Of a DNA stretch of 64,000 bases, positions 12,996-25,458 are shown piece by piece (positions within the stretch are counted from its first letter, which is position 1; the number at the start of each line of letters is the position of its first letter). The translations under genes were made by a program, and so were the position numbers. The DNA is taken from the NCBI GenBank assembly GCA_035221665.1, contig CM069138.1:73904001-73968000 (forward strand). Reading direction: 5' to 3'. The stretch is from Okamejei kenojei (Eukaryota). The notes under the pieces were generated by a model that saw nothing but the letters and a program-made list of their open reading frames with translations, was not told the origin of the DNA and did no database searches.

Positions 12996-14231
12996 TTGTT
13001 TCATCTTTTCAACAGAACGTAGGCTGTTTGCTGTTTCTTCCACTGAAATATCATTGATATCTGGGGAGCTTCAAAATTCAGAGACCAATCAAGTTTACTT
13101 GTGCCTGAACGCAATTATGTTCCGATTGGTCTCTGACTTTAGAAGCACCTGAGCTATCAGTGACTTTTCTTTGGGGGGGGGAGGAAGAAACAGTCACCAG
13201 CCCACATAAAGAATAGAATGAATGACTCCTGATGGAGTCAGGCTGTTGATATTCCAGAGAAACATTGTCATAACAGAGAAAAAGATCCCCAAGCAACTTG
13301 CCTCCCCTGTGTTCACCTATTACCTGCCACGTCTTGTCCTGCCCCTCCCTTCTACCTCCCCCCCCATCCCCTACATCAGTCTGAAGAAGAGTCCCGACCC
13401 GAGACATCACATATCCATGTTCTCCGGGTATGCTGCCTGACCAGCTAAGTCACTCCAGCACTATGTGCCTTTGTTTTGTAAACCATCATCTGCAGTTCCT
13501 TGTTTCAAGAAGAAGATTCAGCTCAAAGGTCACAGTTCCAGGTCTGAAAATGTCTTATGCTTGGCAGATAAATATGCAAGAGAGGGAAATGCTTATAGTA
13601 TGGTTGCTTCTGGAGGAGTAGCTAGTTTCTAACTTAGGCTTGCCATATACCTGATGGGCAGAAAACAATCATTAAGATTTAAAGGCAGAGAACACTCGGT
13701 TTGATTACATTCTTGAGAGGAGAAGGTATTTTCTTTGGTGGCAATCAAGAGTGGGAGGCATGTGTACCCACGTTAATATGGGCAACCCTCTCATGAGATG
13801 AGAATCTATGCTTTTGCTGCATCGTGGGTCTCTAGCACCAATATAAACCACTCTCCTGCCGGGCAACGTCTACACCAGAAGCGGCAAAGCTTCCGTTTCA
13901 AAGGGAGCTATGTTGACCAGATGTCTCTGAACTTACCCTTTTATGGTGATCTGCAACTGTTAAACATCTTTGCCTCTACAGAATCTTCTAATCCACAGCC
14001 AAGTGGACTGTGAGCCAAGTTTCCCTATTGCCTAAGTTAAAATAGCAGGCAGAGTTAATATTGGAAAATTGAGTGCAATCCATTTCCCTCCTCCCATCTC
14101 CGTGACACATGTCAGTGACTCAGATGCATCTCATAGTTTTACCATCACAAGACTAATTTAGCAAGGATTAGAATATCAGGTCTTCAAGTGCAGAACTGAT
14201 ATATTAGTTATCTTTGTTTATGTCTACCTTG

Positions 14232-14540
14232 GTTTATTTTAGTTTAGATTAGAGATAAATCGTGGAAACAAGCACTTTGGCCCACCGAGTTCACGCCGAC
14301 CAGCGATCCACACACACTAACACTATCCTACACACACGAGGAACAATTTATAATTTTACCGAAGCCAACTAGCCTACATACATGTACGTCTTTGTAGTGT
14401 GGGGGGAAACTGAAGTACTCGGGGAAAACCCACGCAGGTCACGGGGAGAACGTACAAACTCCATACAGGCAGCATCCATAGTCGGGATCAAACCTGGGTC
14501 TCTGGCGCTGTAAGGCAGCAACTCTACCACTGTGCCACCG
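14232..14540 (-). mobile_element. HE1-like SINE, full length
   Basis: tRNA-like head at 14490-14540, core, and (TTTAG)n tail read on the plus strand. Confidence 0.88.
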
Positions 14541-15097
14541 AGCCACCACCTATGTCTGAGAAGCTTATGCACATTGGATGTGTAACCAATTAGTCCCTTC
14601 ACTGTTGATGCTAATACAATAGTAATTGGTTAAAGGTCTGAAATATTCCTTGACAAAAATGACAAGAGTGAATTAAATCCACCTCTACCCAATCAACAGG
14701 TGGGGGAAGAAAATACCAGTCAATAAGCAAACTGCAGAACTGCTCAGACAATTTACAAATGTTATATTTCAAATGAGTTTAACTGCTGAGAGAATTTAAT
14801 TCCAGCTGCTTTTAGCTGCCATTTATTTTCTTGAAAAGGTCAGCAGGTATGGTTAAAAAAAAAATCTATACTATGAAAGTGCACAATTTAGTACAAAAAT
14901 GGTACATTATGTTTAAAATTAAACATCTGTTGATCATTTATCCAACTGGTCACCATTGCATGGAGTGTTGGGCCCTTGGAACCCATGTCATGTGATTGTT
15001 GCGTTGTTATACCACAGTAAGTGTAAAGTCTTGGGCTGCATCCGATACATCCATTGCAGTTGTACGGAATCATAAAGCAACCAATTTTGATTAATTG

Positions 15098-15392
15098 AAA
15101 GATACAGCATGGAAACAGGTCCTTTGGCTCACACAGACCACATTGACCATCGATCACCTGTTCATACCTGTTCTCTGTTATCCTATTTTCTCATCCATTC
15201 TCTAAACACTAGGGGCAATGTACAGAAGCCAATTAACCTACAAACCTGCACGTCTTTGGGATCTGGGAGGAGACCGGAGCACCTACACAGTCACAATGAG
15301 AACATACGCACTCCACACAGACAGCACCTGAAGTCAGGACTGAACCCGGGTCTCTGGCGTCGTGAGGCAGCAGCTCTACCGGCTGCACCACT
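15098..15392 (-). mobile_element. HE1-like SINE, older copy
   Basis: GAACCCGGGTCTCTGGCG...CAGCTCTACC head and degenerate core. Confidence 0.8.
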
Positions 15393-16644
15393 GTTTTGCC
15401 CGTTTAAATGAGTAATATTTAGAATCTACGCGTGATACTTGATTTTTCTGCATCAGCCCAGGTATTTCACCTGGATCTTCAGTGGGGAGCAAGAAGCTCC
15501 ATTTCCTGTTGACACATTTTAAACATGTAAGAAGCCTGCGATATTCATAATGCACCATGGCAACAAGTGTCCCATGACAACCAGCCAGATAATTGACAAA
15601 TTGTGAGGTGCCAACAACAGAAAAAAAAAGAAAAAGAACGCAATCCTCTTTTATAACTCTTTTATATAGCTCAGGTCATTATATAAGAGATCTGAACTAA
15701 TGATATTGTTTGGAAAGAATTTTTTTGCATCATTGAAGTGTACTGATGATTACACTAGGGCTGGAGGGAAATGCTTATGAGTTTGAACATTGCATCTAGA
15801 ATCAATCAAGCCCAAAAAATGTTAAATGACCATCTGTTCAAGGTGCTGGTCATTGGATATTCATCAGTAAGAAAAACATCTCTGCTGCAATACTATGCCA
15901 ACTTCAGGAACTACAGATAAGCAGCGCATACTGTAGAACGGGAGAAAATATATTTTTTAGCATCAAATTCAGAATGAGAAGAAAAAAAACAAGCAATTTC
16001 TTTGTGGAAGGAGAGAAACAAATAATATATTTGCATCTTAAGTAAAAACGGCAGATCAATGGGACAAAAAATAGCGAAGCAGCAAAATGTACTGTGCATA
16101 AATGAGAAGCAATTTGGTGGGAGGGAAGGACAAAACAATGTTATTTGCATCTGAATCAAAAGTGGGCTCTAAATAGTATTGCGAATGTAGTAGGTAGTTT
16201 TCATAGGATATGAACAACAGAGTTTTGGATGAGGGCCAATTTATGGAGGGTAGAATGTGGGACATCAGCCATAAGTGCTTCAGAATAGTCAGGTAGGGTT
16301 TTGCACGGCATTAAAATCAAAACTCAAGCAAAACATAACCTAACCACAGCTGATTTTGAATCTTACCTGAGAGCAGTATTTTATAATTTATTATAATATT
16401 AATTCCAAGCTCCTGACTTGATCATCACTGCAAATATAACAAACTTTAAGTATGATTTCCACGTGCTGTTAAAATGTGAAGCAAATCATGTTAAACTGAA
16501 TAAAGTGATGTGCTGGGCCAACATGCCTCAGCCAGAATTGGCCTGACCAAAACCTGATTGCTTTCAACAAAACCGAGGCTAGCTGACCTAAGCCTGACAA
16601 AGAAAATTACCTCCCATTAGATTGAGTCAACTATCGAGGCTCTG

Positions 16645-17490
16645 CATTAGGGTCCGGATCGGGTAATATATTGCTGGCGGAAAATGGTGCCGTTCCCCCG
16701 TGAGCTCAATGCATTCTACGCTCACCTTTCACAGAAGGTTTGTGAAAGGACGTCACCTGCTCCGTCAGTCTCGGGAGCACCTATACCAATCGTTACGGTA
16801 GTAGATGCAAGAATGGCCTTCCTGACAGTGAACCGCAGAGGGCAAAGTTTGTTAGTTTATCGCCATTTGCACCGAGATAAAGTGAAAAGCTTTTGTCGTG
16901 TGCTAACCAGTCATCGGAAAGACTATACATGACTACAATCGCACCGTCCGCAGTATACAGATACAGGATAAGGGAACAAGTGCGAGGAAGATTGTATGCT
17001 GACAAAGTCAGTCTGAGTGTTCCCCAACTGGAAACCATGGATAAACTGCGAGGTACATTAACAGGTTAATGCCAGGTCCGCTGTGTACAAGTCAAACAGC
17101 CCCGAGCGGCACAAGAAGGCCCGCTATGATCTCCGCAAAGCCACCTAGTATTCCAAGAGACAATACCGGGACAAACTTGCGTCCCAGTATAATCACTTGG
17201 ACACATGGAGAATGTGGCAAGGTCTGAATGAGATAACTAGCTGCACAGCATGGTCAGGCAACATCATTGGTGACAGTGCGACCCTACCTGATGAATTGAA
17301 TGCTATCTATGCTCGCTTTGAGCAGAACCCCAACAGGACAGTGACGCCTGCCCCTTCAGGCTCAAGTGTGCCTTTCCCCATGGTGACTATGGCAGAGGTT
17401 AGATCCGTCTTTCCTGAGGGTAAACCCATGAGAAGCGACTGGGCCAGAAGGTGTACCTTGTCATGTCCTTAGTAATTGCGCGGACCATTC
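16645..17490 (+). mobile_element. Rex1/Babar-type LINE internal fragments, interrupted by a short inverted tail repeat at about 16850-17015
   Basis: KPWINCEV, ARYDLRKA, RMWQGLNEIT and (LPD/FPR)ELNA.YA, the last present twice. These are typical pre-RT motifs of this clade. Confidence 0.75.
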
Positions 17491-17719
17491 ATTCCCTCAT
17501 TCATTCAACCAAAAGCTTTGTGTCACTTGGATGTCCTGTCTGAGACTTTTCCTCCATTCCATTCACCCTTCTTTTTGGACCATCTCTGACACTATGGACT
17601 AAATACATTCCATCCGTGTTGTAAACTTCCTATGTTTTTAAATGGCCCTTAAGATTAACTTTTAAACCATTCCACAATTGAATGCTGGCTCAGTTTGCGA
17701 AGCCCACATCTCAAAGAAC

Positions 17720-18480
17720 ATGGGTTTATCGTGAGGGGGCAAACATCCCATAAGAATCTGAGGGGTAACTTTTTCCACACAAAGAGTGGTGGGTGTATAG
17801 GACAAGCTGCAGGAGGCGGTAGATGAGGCAGGTACTATAGCAATGTTTTAGAAACATTTAGACAGGTATACGGATAGGCCAGGTTTAGAGCGATATGGAC
17901 CAAATGTAGGGAGGTGGGACTAGTGCAAATGGGACATGTTGGTCGGTGTGGGCAAGTGGGGCCGAAGGGCACGACTTCCATATGAAGAAAGACTGGATAG
18001 ACTCGGCTTGTACTCGCTGGAATTTAGAAGATTGAGGGGTGATCTCATAGAGACTTACAAAATTCTTAAGGGGTTGGACAGGCTAGATGCAGGAAGATTG
18101 TTCCCGATGTTGGGGAAGTCCAGGACAAGGGGTCACAGTTTAAGGATAAGGGGGAAGTCTTTTAGGACCGAGATGAGAAAATCGTTTTTCACACAGGTGA
18201 ATCTGTGGAATTCACATAAGGTGAATCTGTGGAATTCTCTGCCACAGAAGGTAGTTGAGGCCAGTTCGTTGGCCATATTTAAGAGGGAGTTGGATGTGGC
18301 CCTTGTGGCTGAAGGCATCAGGGGGTATGGAGAGAAGGCAGGTACAGGATACTGAGTTGGATGATCAGCCATGATCATATTGAATGGCGGTGCAGGCTCG
18401 AAGGGCCGAATGGCCTGCTCCTGCACCTAATTTCTATGTTTCTATGTTTCACACTGCAAGGCTCAATGATTCTATGACTC
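17720..18480 (+). mobile_element. Younger CR1 3' end (17971-18450) inserted into the tail of an older CR1 3' end
   Basis: YEERLDRLGLYSLEFRRLRGDLIETYK...WNSLP with a (TTTCTATG)n tail. The host tail GGGCCGAAGGGC...ACACTG...TCTATGACTC is split around it. Confidence 0.85.
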
Positions 18481-18726
18481 TTTCATTAATGTATAAACAT
18501 AAAAATGTATTGCTGGATCCTTTTCAAGACCTCAAACAACCTTCCAATTCTGTTCATAGAGCGCATTCATTTCCACTTAGTTGTTGCAAGTCACACATAA
18601 AAGTTGCAGCCTGGGACTGGTAGGTTAGACCCTGTCTTCTCCCTTTCTCCTGACAAATCACCACGATGCACCATAATGTGACTGTCTGCACAAGCGATCC
18701 CACAACAGTTTGTACCATAACTCACA

Positions 18727-18732
18727 TTTATT
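18727..18732 (-). terminator. Candidate poly(A) signal of that exon
   Basis: AATAAA about 490 nt after the stop, followed by GT-rich TGTTGTGGG. Confidence 0.45.
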
Positions 18733-19218
18733 CTTGATAAAAAAAGGCTTAATTACAGAAATACTTAGAAATGACGAGTCAAACCCAAGGATTGTTCAGA
18801 TACGTCCCTAACACAACACACCCTTTGTGGTCTTTGCCGCTATCATAGTTGGAGGTAGCATTTCCTGGAGACATCCTATTTTGGAGAGGTGGGATAAATT
18901 ATTATCATATTCAAAATAGTCTCTCAGAGTGCAAGGTGGAGTATGTCGGCAACTCCGGCTGCGAAGGAGGATGAGGCAGGGAGAGATTGATTGGACAGAG
19001 AGACGGGAGATGGAGGAGGAGGCGGTGGTGGAGGGGGGGAAAGAGATCAAGTGGACAAGGCGACAGGCCAACAGAAGGAAGGGCTAGCTGGTAGATTCCC
19101 ACAGTGACCAAGCGCGTTCTGTCATTAGCAGTGGCCTGAAGAAAGTGCTGCTCCCAGGGGCAACGTGAGCCGCAACAACAACCACATCGTCCGTGCCTTG
19201 CTTTGAGTGAAGAAGGGC

Positions 19219-19320
19219 TCATTGGTGTACTTTCCAAAACGAGAGGTTTTCGAAAGCCGGGGCTGGCGAGACAGTGTGAGCCGGGCTGGCGTCGGCAGGT
19301 CCGTCCGCGATGACCAAAAT
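19219..19320 (-). CDS. Candidate terminal coding exon of an unidentified host gene: ILVIADGPADASPAHTVSPAPAFENLSFWKVHQ*
   Basis: Branch-like TTTTAAC and acceptor ccctttgtaacag| at 19321. Abrupt GC/CpG rise, with C-ending codons and C|G junctions favouring phase 0. Not similar to repeats in the window. Confidence 0.55.
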   Translation of the reverse strand: MLVIADGPADASPAHTVSPAPAFENLSFWKVHQ

Positions 19321-20327
19321 CTGTTACAAAGGGATCCGTTAAAACCAGGGTTCACTGTACTTCCATTACAAATGCACAAAGCTAGCCAGCCCTGTTTAAA
19401 ACAGAAACCAACACTACCTGTCTCATACAACCCCCATTGGTACTTCATCAAACTATTATTACAATCCAATCTGGAGGTCCAAAAAGCACAATAAACATTA
19501 ATAATATTATTGTATGTGGATCTTATGTGTAAATGTTTGTTCCAGCTGGGTTTTCATAAGCAGGCAGATCTGCTTTATCAAATCCTTCCACTGAATGTGG
19601 TTGCTTCCTTCATGATTGTTCTGCATTAAACCCTGTGTGTACTTAATACAGGCATCTAAACAAAAGAAGGGAGCAGGTGTTTTAAGTTTACCTAAAATTC
19701 AGCAGCTTGTAAGAGCAATTATGTTTTAAAAGGAGGGAAGAAATGCCTTTTTTTGCTTTTGTCTACTCCACAAAATATCCATGAAAATTAAGGAAGCTGA
19801 AAATTTATTTCCACCTTCTCATTTTGTCTTCAAAATATAATTATCCGAGCACAATTTGTTCATTCTTAGCGAGGCACTACTATGACTGAGGTTTCTATCG
19901 GCTTGAATAACCCTTTCCATGACTTGCAAAAGATGACTGTGAACCTTGCAGTATTTGCACAGAGATGTAGGCCTGAGATAAGTTGACTTAATAATCCACT
20001 AGTTCAGGCCGATTAGGATTCCTCTCTTAACTCTTTACAAAAAAAAACATGAACTGGGAGAAGAAGCATTTGACGATAATTTATGCAGTGTTTTCCAAAT
20101 GACTGCGTTGTATTTATTTGTTCTGCCTAAATGACCAAATTACAGATTCGTTTTCAATGTAGATGTTGGTACATGACTGTATATACAGCAACGTGAATGA
20201 GCTATTCAGCTATTCAGCAGGATGCAACAGATGTTTACCTGGGCAACCTAACCTCTTGAAAGTAATTACTCCATATGTTGAGTGGGCTGCAGCAAGTTCT
20301 GACAGTGGTGTTAAGCAGCAGATATCG

Positions 20328-20532
20328 GTAGAAACATAGAAAATAGGTGCAGGAGTAGGCCATTCGGCCCTTCAAGCCAGCCCTAAGAGCTATATCTAAC
20401 CCTCTCTTGAACATATCCAATGAATTGGCCTCCACTGCCTTCTGTGGCAGAGAATTCCACAGATTCACAACTCTGTGGATGGAAACGTTTTTTCCTCATC
20501 ACAGTCCCAAATGGCCTACGCCTTATTCTTAA
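20328..20532 (-). mobile_element. CR1 3' end, internally deleted; similar piece at 8929-9110
   Basis: NLWNSLPQKAVEA and a TTTCTATG tail. Confidence 0.85.
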
Positions 20533-21326
20533 AGGGAGAATCGCAAAGTGGCGAGGCAGAGAGGCATACTTTTACGATGCCTGGCATAAAATACCTTCTA
20601 TCATGCTTGAAAATTAACAGGTCAATTTTCAGATCACCGAAAACATGTATGCAGGTGTTAAGAAGGATAAATCTTTAATCGACAGAGAAACAACTACAGG
20701 GCTAATGGAAAACCGAAAGAGAAATTAGCTTTTAAACAGGAGGTGGAATGTCATGTAGGGGATTGAATTGCACTCTGTTATCAACTAAAGATGTTAGTTT
20801 ATTGAGAGGTTGGAGAATAAACTGCTTTAAGAATTAATTCTGGAAATAATTAATAGTTTTCCTGCAATAGATGCCTGCACCAAAACCTCTTTAATCCCAG
20901 TGCATTTCACAAACAGCCTCTCGGGCTGCACACAGAACATGATTGGGAAGTCATTTAGAGGTCAGCCTTTCTGGGATACACACAGCAGACAGTGCCCCTT
21001 CATTCAGATTCTTGGCACAAATTCATCAGAGCTGATAGATAGAGAGTGGTCTGCTCAGCTTGCCTGGTCAGCTTGTTACTTATCTAACGTACAGCATGCT
21101 TGTGAGAAACAGAGCTGCCAAGCACTGCGCAAGTCTTTTTTTGCATAGTCGCATGTGAAAACTCCATTTGTCCTTTATCTTCAGCCTTGCCTGTTAGTAT
21201 TCCCCTGAGATTGTGTGTTTATGGGAGGTCCTTGTAGTCATAGAGAGAGCAATGCAGCAGCTAAGCCACATGGCTCCGCAGTTGTCCGCCTACTTTATCC
21301 CCTTACTGATCTTTTTACTTCTCCAG

Positions 21327-21340
21327 AATCCTAATGACAT
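21327..21340 (+). other. Candidate 14-nt microexon AATCCTAATGACAT
   Basis: TACTGAT branch-like site, ctttttacttctccag| acceptor, |gtgagt donor. Confidence 0.4.
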
Positions 21341-21484
21341 GTGAGTTGCCATGAAAATGTTGATGAAATATTTGCTCAGAAGACAGCTCTGGGCAAGGCT
21401 GATAACCTATCTCTGTTTGAGTTTAGCTTCCCATATTCTAATAATCATCTTCTGTCTGTTTGGATTATTGATTGGATTGCCAAG

Positions 21485-21830
21485 AAAGTGGCCTTGTCCT
21501 CAATGAGCAAGGTCAAATCAAACAAAACGAATGGAGAGAAGTGGGGCAAATTGGAATTACTTGTATCAGAGTACAAAGGTCCTTTCAGGGTCAGAGGCCA
21601 AACTGTCGATCTCTTCTTGTCACATGTGCACCCTGGGCCTATTTTTAAGTATCACAGGATGGCTGAGGAGATGTCTTTAATTCCTGGTTTGATTCACCTC
21701 CACAAACAAGTCATTGTCTATTTTGCTTAGTTTTCATGTGATCAGCTATAAATAGTACACTGAGCCCTCCAACCCCACACTCAAACTTCCCCTTGTCCTT
21801 ATATATCAGTTAGTCTGCAGAAGCGGCAGA
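21485..21830 (+). promoter_or_regulatory. Candidate striated-muscle promoter/enhancer
   Basis: MEF2 matches CTATTTTTAA (21639) and CTATAAATAG (21746-21755), ERR-type CAAGGTCA and TGGCCTTG, two DR1-like sites (21570-21600), E-boxes, TATATAT at 21800. Confidence 0.55.
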
Positions 21831-21903
21831 TGAGCTGCCATTGTCAGGGTAACTTGGCACAGCTTTGTTCTGTTCTTAGCCAGGCTTATTGTTCAGCTCA
21901 AGT

Positions 21904-21916
21904 ATGACACAAGCAT
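21904..21916 (+). CDS. Candidate first coding exon end: ATG ACA CAA GCA T| (MTQA, phase 1)
   Basis: ATG with A at -3 about 100 nt after the TATA-like box; donor |gtaaga at 21917. Confidence 0.35.
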
Positions 21917-22569
21917 GTAAGACTCTTGCTGACTCTTTGACTTTAACCGTTGTATCCCATTAATCAAACGCCACAGAAACCAAGCCACATCTGTTTGGAA
22001 AAAGTAGCTTTCGTCCAGATAAACACACCAACACATAATCCTTAAATAAACTGGAAGGCGAAGACAGCTTTTAATCTTCAATGGTAATAACAATTATCAA
22101 AACTTCCTTTTAATGAAACAACATACTCAGTTTGGTCATTTAAAGCTCTGATAGTGGATTTTTTTTCATCTATTTAGACCAGATGTCTGTCAGATGTGTG
22201 AAAATCCATTTTTTTTTCATGACAATCTCTCTATATATTTTGGCATTTATCCAATATTGTCTGTAGATTAGTTACACTGACAAAAAGTAGCATTCATGGG
22301 AGAATAATTCAGTCAGATTTACTCAATACTGCTGTCATATTTAGAGACAAAATCTATATAAATTGCAAACACTTGATTACCCATTCATGTGAATATGTGT
22401 AAAATATGTATTCTTAATTTGGGTTGTCCACAGACGAAACCAGAATTGTTGAAAATATCACTGTACTGAATAAAAACTGCTAGCACTTATATGTAAAAGT
22501 GTTAACGTTTAATTTGTTTGCAACCATGCTGTTCAGTTAATCTGGTATGTTTTTTTTTGTCAAAGAACA

Positions 22570-22685
22570 GCAGTAAGGTGGGAGAGTAGGGTGCACGTGG
22601 CAGTGAGGTGGGTATGGGGTATGAGACAGTGAGATGGGTAGGGGGTATGGGGCAGTGAGGTGGGAGGGTAGGGTGTATGGAGCAG
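22570..22685 (+). repeat. G-rich degenerate 26-30 bp tandem repeat, about 4 copies
   Basis: CAGTGAGGTGGG...GGGGTATGG units seen directly. Confidence 0.75.
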
Positions 22686-22758
22686 ATAAATTTATATTGT
22701 CTGGGGCCCCAAATGCTACTAAATACGGTCAGTGTTTACCAAATCTCTAAATAATGCT

Positions 22759-23061
22759 GCACGGTGGCGTAGCGGTAGAGTAGCTGCCCTACAGCGCTTA
22801 CAGCGCCAGAGACACAGGTTCGATGCTGACCTCCGGTGTTGAACGTACGGAGTTTGTACGTTCTCCCCGTGGGTTTTCTCCAAGATCTTCAGTTTCCTCC
22901 CACACTCCAAAGACGTACAGGTTTGTAGTTTAATTGGCTTGGTATAAGTATAAATCGTCCCTAGTGTGCGTAGGATAGTGTTAATGTGTGGGGATCGCTG
23001 GTCAGTGTGGACTCGGTGGGCCAAAGGGCCTGTTTTTGCGCTGTATCTCTAAAAAAAAATA
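22759..23061 (+). mobile_element. HE1-like SINE, full length
   Basis: A box TGGCGTAGCGG, B box GGTTCGATGC, core and A-rich tail. Confidence 0.9.
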
Positions 23062-23616
23062 AAGCCAGGATTGGCTCGAAAAGTATTATATCAAAAGAAC
23101 CATAAACCTAACCCCTTCATTCTTTATTTAATATTATAGTGTTACAATAAGTGTAAAGAGCAAGCATGGATATAGGCAGAGCCATATAATAGAAACTACC
23201 CCTTTAAAGGCTAACTCACCCTTAATAAAACTCATATTGAGAAAGGAAATGGGAGGATGCCCTTAATTTACAAAAGGGAGCAGTTCCTCTTTCAATGATA
23301 TTCTTCAGTACATTATGCTTCTACTTGCAAATGTGGTATTTTTATTAGATTCAAGAACATGCATAAAGATAATATGAACCACAATTAAATTAGACTTCCC
23401 TTTCCCTTATGACTGCACAGTACAAGGTAACAGAGTAAAACACAACTACTACTTCCTTTGTTAAGTCAGGGAAAGAACTTACATAATTTAAAATAAGTAA
23501 AATGATGTTAAGGAAAAAAATTATGTGGCAGATATCTTTCCCAAAGCTGCTAGGTTTCATCCCGGGGTTACTAAAATAAATAGAAAGGAAGCTGCATTAA
23601 CCATAACTTTCTTCAG

Positions 23617-23765
23617 TGTAGGAAGGAACTGCAGGTGCTGATTTAAACCAAAGATAGATACAAACAGCCAGTCACTCAGCGGGTCAGACAGCATCTCTGG
23701 AGAAAAGGAAGAGGTGACGTTTCGTGTTGTCTGAAGAAGGGTCACGACCCGAAACATCACCTATA
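23617..23765. mobile_element. Penelope-like terminal repeat remnant carrying a hammerhead-like core
   Basis: CTGAAGAAGGGTCACGACCCGAAACATC at 23731-23758. Same family at about 4440, 13380, 28530, 30355, 31650, 32805, 37690, 39270, 39460, 41255, 50880, 60450 and 62120. Confidence 0.7.
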
Positions 23766-23854
23766 ACTTTCTTCAGGTTTGGTGATTGTGCCCTTGGATA
23801 GGAACATCTCCAGTATCATTTCAATAGATTAGATGGAGGAAAGGGGAACACTTT

Positions 23855-24152
23855 GTTTTTTCAAAAATAAACTTTATTTATAATAAAAAATATATACAAA
23901 ACAAAAACATGCAAAAAACTAAACTCTACATACATTCTGCATGTTTGCATATTCAATGGTGTTACACTAGTAGTGTTCGCACATGGCTTTGCACAAAATA
24001 AACTTACCATGCATGTGGCCCATGGGGTGATGTCCCTTCCCTTGTTTAAGGGTGTCTCCCATCCCTTGTGTCTCTGCCCATCAATATCCAGCAGCAGAAG
24101 GACCCAAGACGATGGTTCTCCCCCAACAGGGCTTTCGCATTGGCATTGCACC
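23855..24152 (-). mobile_element. Tx1/L1-clade LINE 3' end
   Basis: Minus strand ends AATAAAGTTTATTTTTGAAAAAA, preceded by a short Trp-containing ORF end and an AT-rich 3' UTR. Confidence 0.5.
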
Positions 24153-25025
24153 AAACCAATTCATTTAATATCAGTAATGGAGAAGTTACAGAAACCTGTT
24201 TTTAGGACAAGTGACCAACTGAGTGTGAGGTAATCGAAGGGAATCAGAAAGGGCACATCCCATTTGACTCTATGGGATCTAATTATATGGTGAGGAGGTC
24301 ACTAAAATGGTGGACATGAAGTTACTTGTGGCTCCCGGAAACCAATAGATATGCGCCGACACAAGTTTCCCATATGCAAAAGTAAAAGCAGCCCTGTGAA
24401 AACGGTTGCCAATTAGCTGTAAGAGAAAGACTAGGACCATGGTTAAAGGCAAGGTGGGATCTCCTAGGTGGTTTTCCCCAAGGACCTATCCAAAGGACTT
24501 GTTTTTCACCATTTGTGCACCATCAATTTAAACGTGAGAATAGAGAGTTTTACATCCACTTCCAACGCTGACACAATGCCAGGATAGTACGGGACATTTA
24601 CATGCAGTAAATTCTGAAGATGAGAGAAAGAGAAGTTGCAGATAAATAGTCAGATTAAATGATATCAGCTCCTAAAAGGTTGTTATGAGGAACAGATTTC
24701 ATGAGCATGCTCTGTAGACTCTTGTATTTAGGACCTAATCAAACTGTTTAGTCAACTGGGTACAAAGGGACACAAACATAGAAATCCCTGTGAAGTCCCT
24801 GAATGTTGAATGTCATGATATAGTGGAAGGACAGGGGGATGGAAGAATATGCAACATCAAAAGTTCAAAGGATATAAATTGGGTTATCGAGTAAGGAAAA
24901 CCACATGTGTGTTGAGATATACAGATTTGTAGATAGGGTTTATGCAAGGCGAAACTGAAGTTGTGAGGGAGTAGGCCATGAATACGTGAAAACCGGAGGA
25001 AATTAGAACATAATTAGGTTGCTAA

Positions 25026-25458
25026 GGGGCCATTCTTTGGAAAGTGAACCAAAATATCACACACGTGACCAGATGTCATCACATAAAGTAATAAATTACA
25101 ACATTCTTGTAAGAGATTAATCTTATTCGTTGCTAATTTCCTACCTACAGAACTATAATGCATGCCTGCTAAAGATATGAACATTCTAGCTTTTTAAAAT
25201 TCACAGTTTGTAAGATAAAACTGAGTTATGAAAGAGATGCGTCCGTGCGAGGTCACACACGTGACCAGTCATATTTGACCTCTGACCCTCAACAAACATT
25301 GTCAGCATAACATAAAAATTTCACTTGATAAACTTCGAAAAAAATATGACTCATATATACGGTGCAAAACATTATACCTGTAATACTTTCAGAATTAGAA
25401 GAGATGTTAGTCCACAATTTTTCATATTTTTGGTCACACACGTGACTAAGAATGGGCC
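25026..25458. mobile_element. Old Harbinger-like MITE
   Basis: TAA|GGGGCCATTCTT ... AAGAATGGGCC|TAA imperfect TIRs, with three internal TCACACACGTGAC motifs. Confidence 0.5.

Noticed and set aside
16367-16427. Minus-strand 61-nt AG...GTAAGA exon-like segment
   Set aside because: Very AT-rich with multiple stops, and lies beyond the candidate poly(A) signal.
19219-19260. SPAPAFENLSFW resembles ERBB2 SPAFDNLYYW
   Set aside because: Short match without the tyrosines or the rest of the ERBB tail; no gene symbol assigned.
21341-21730. 129-aa ORF
   Set aside because: Its GTG start is the candidate splice donor; no recognisable domain; overlaps the motif cluster.
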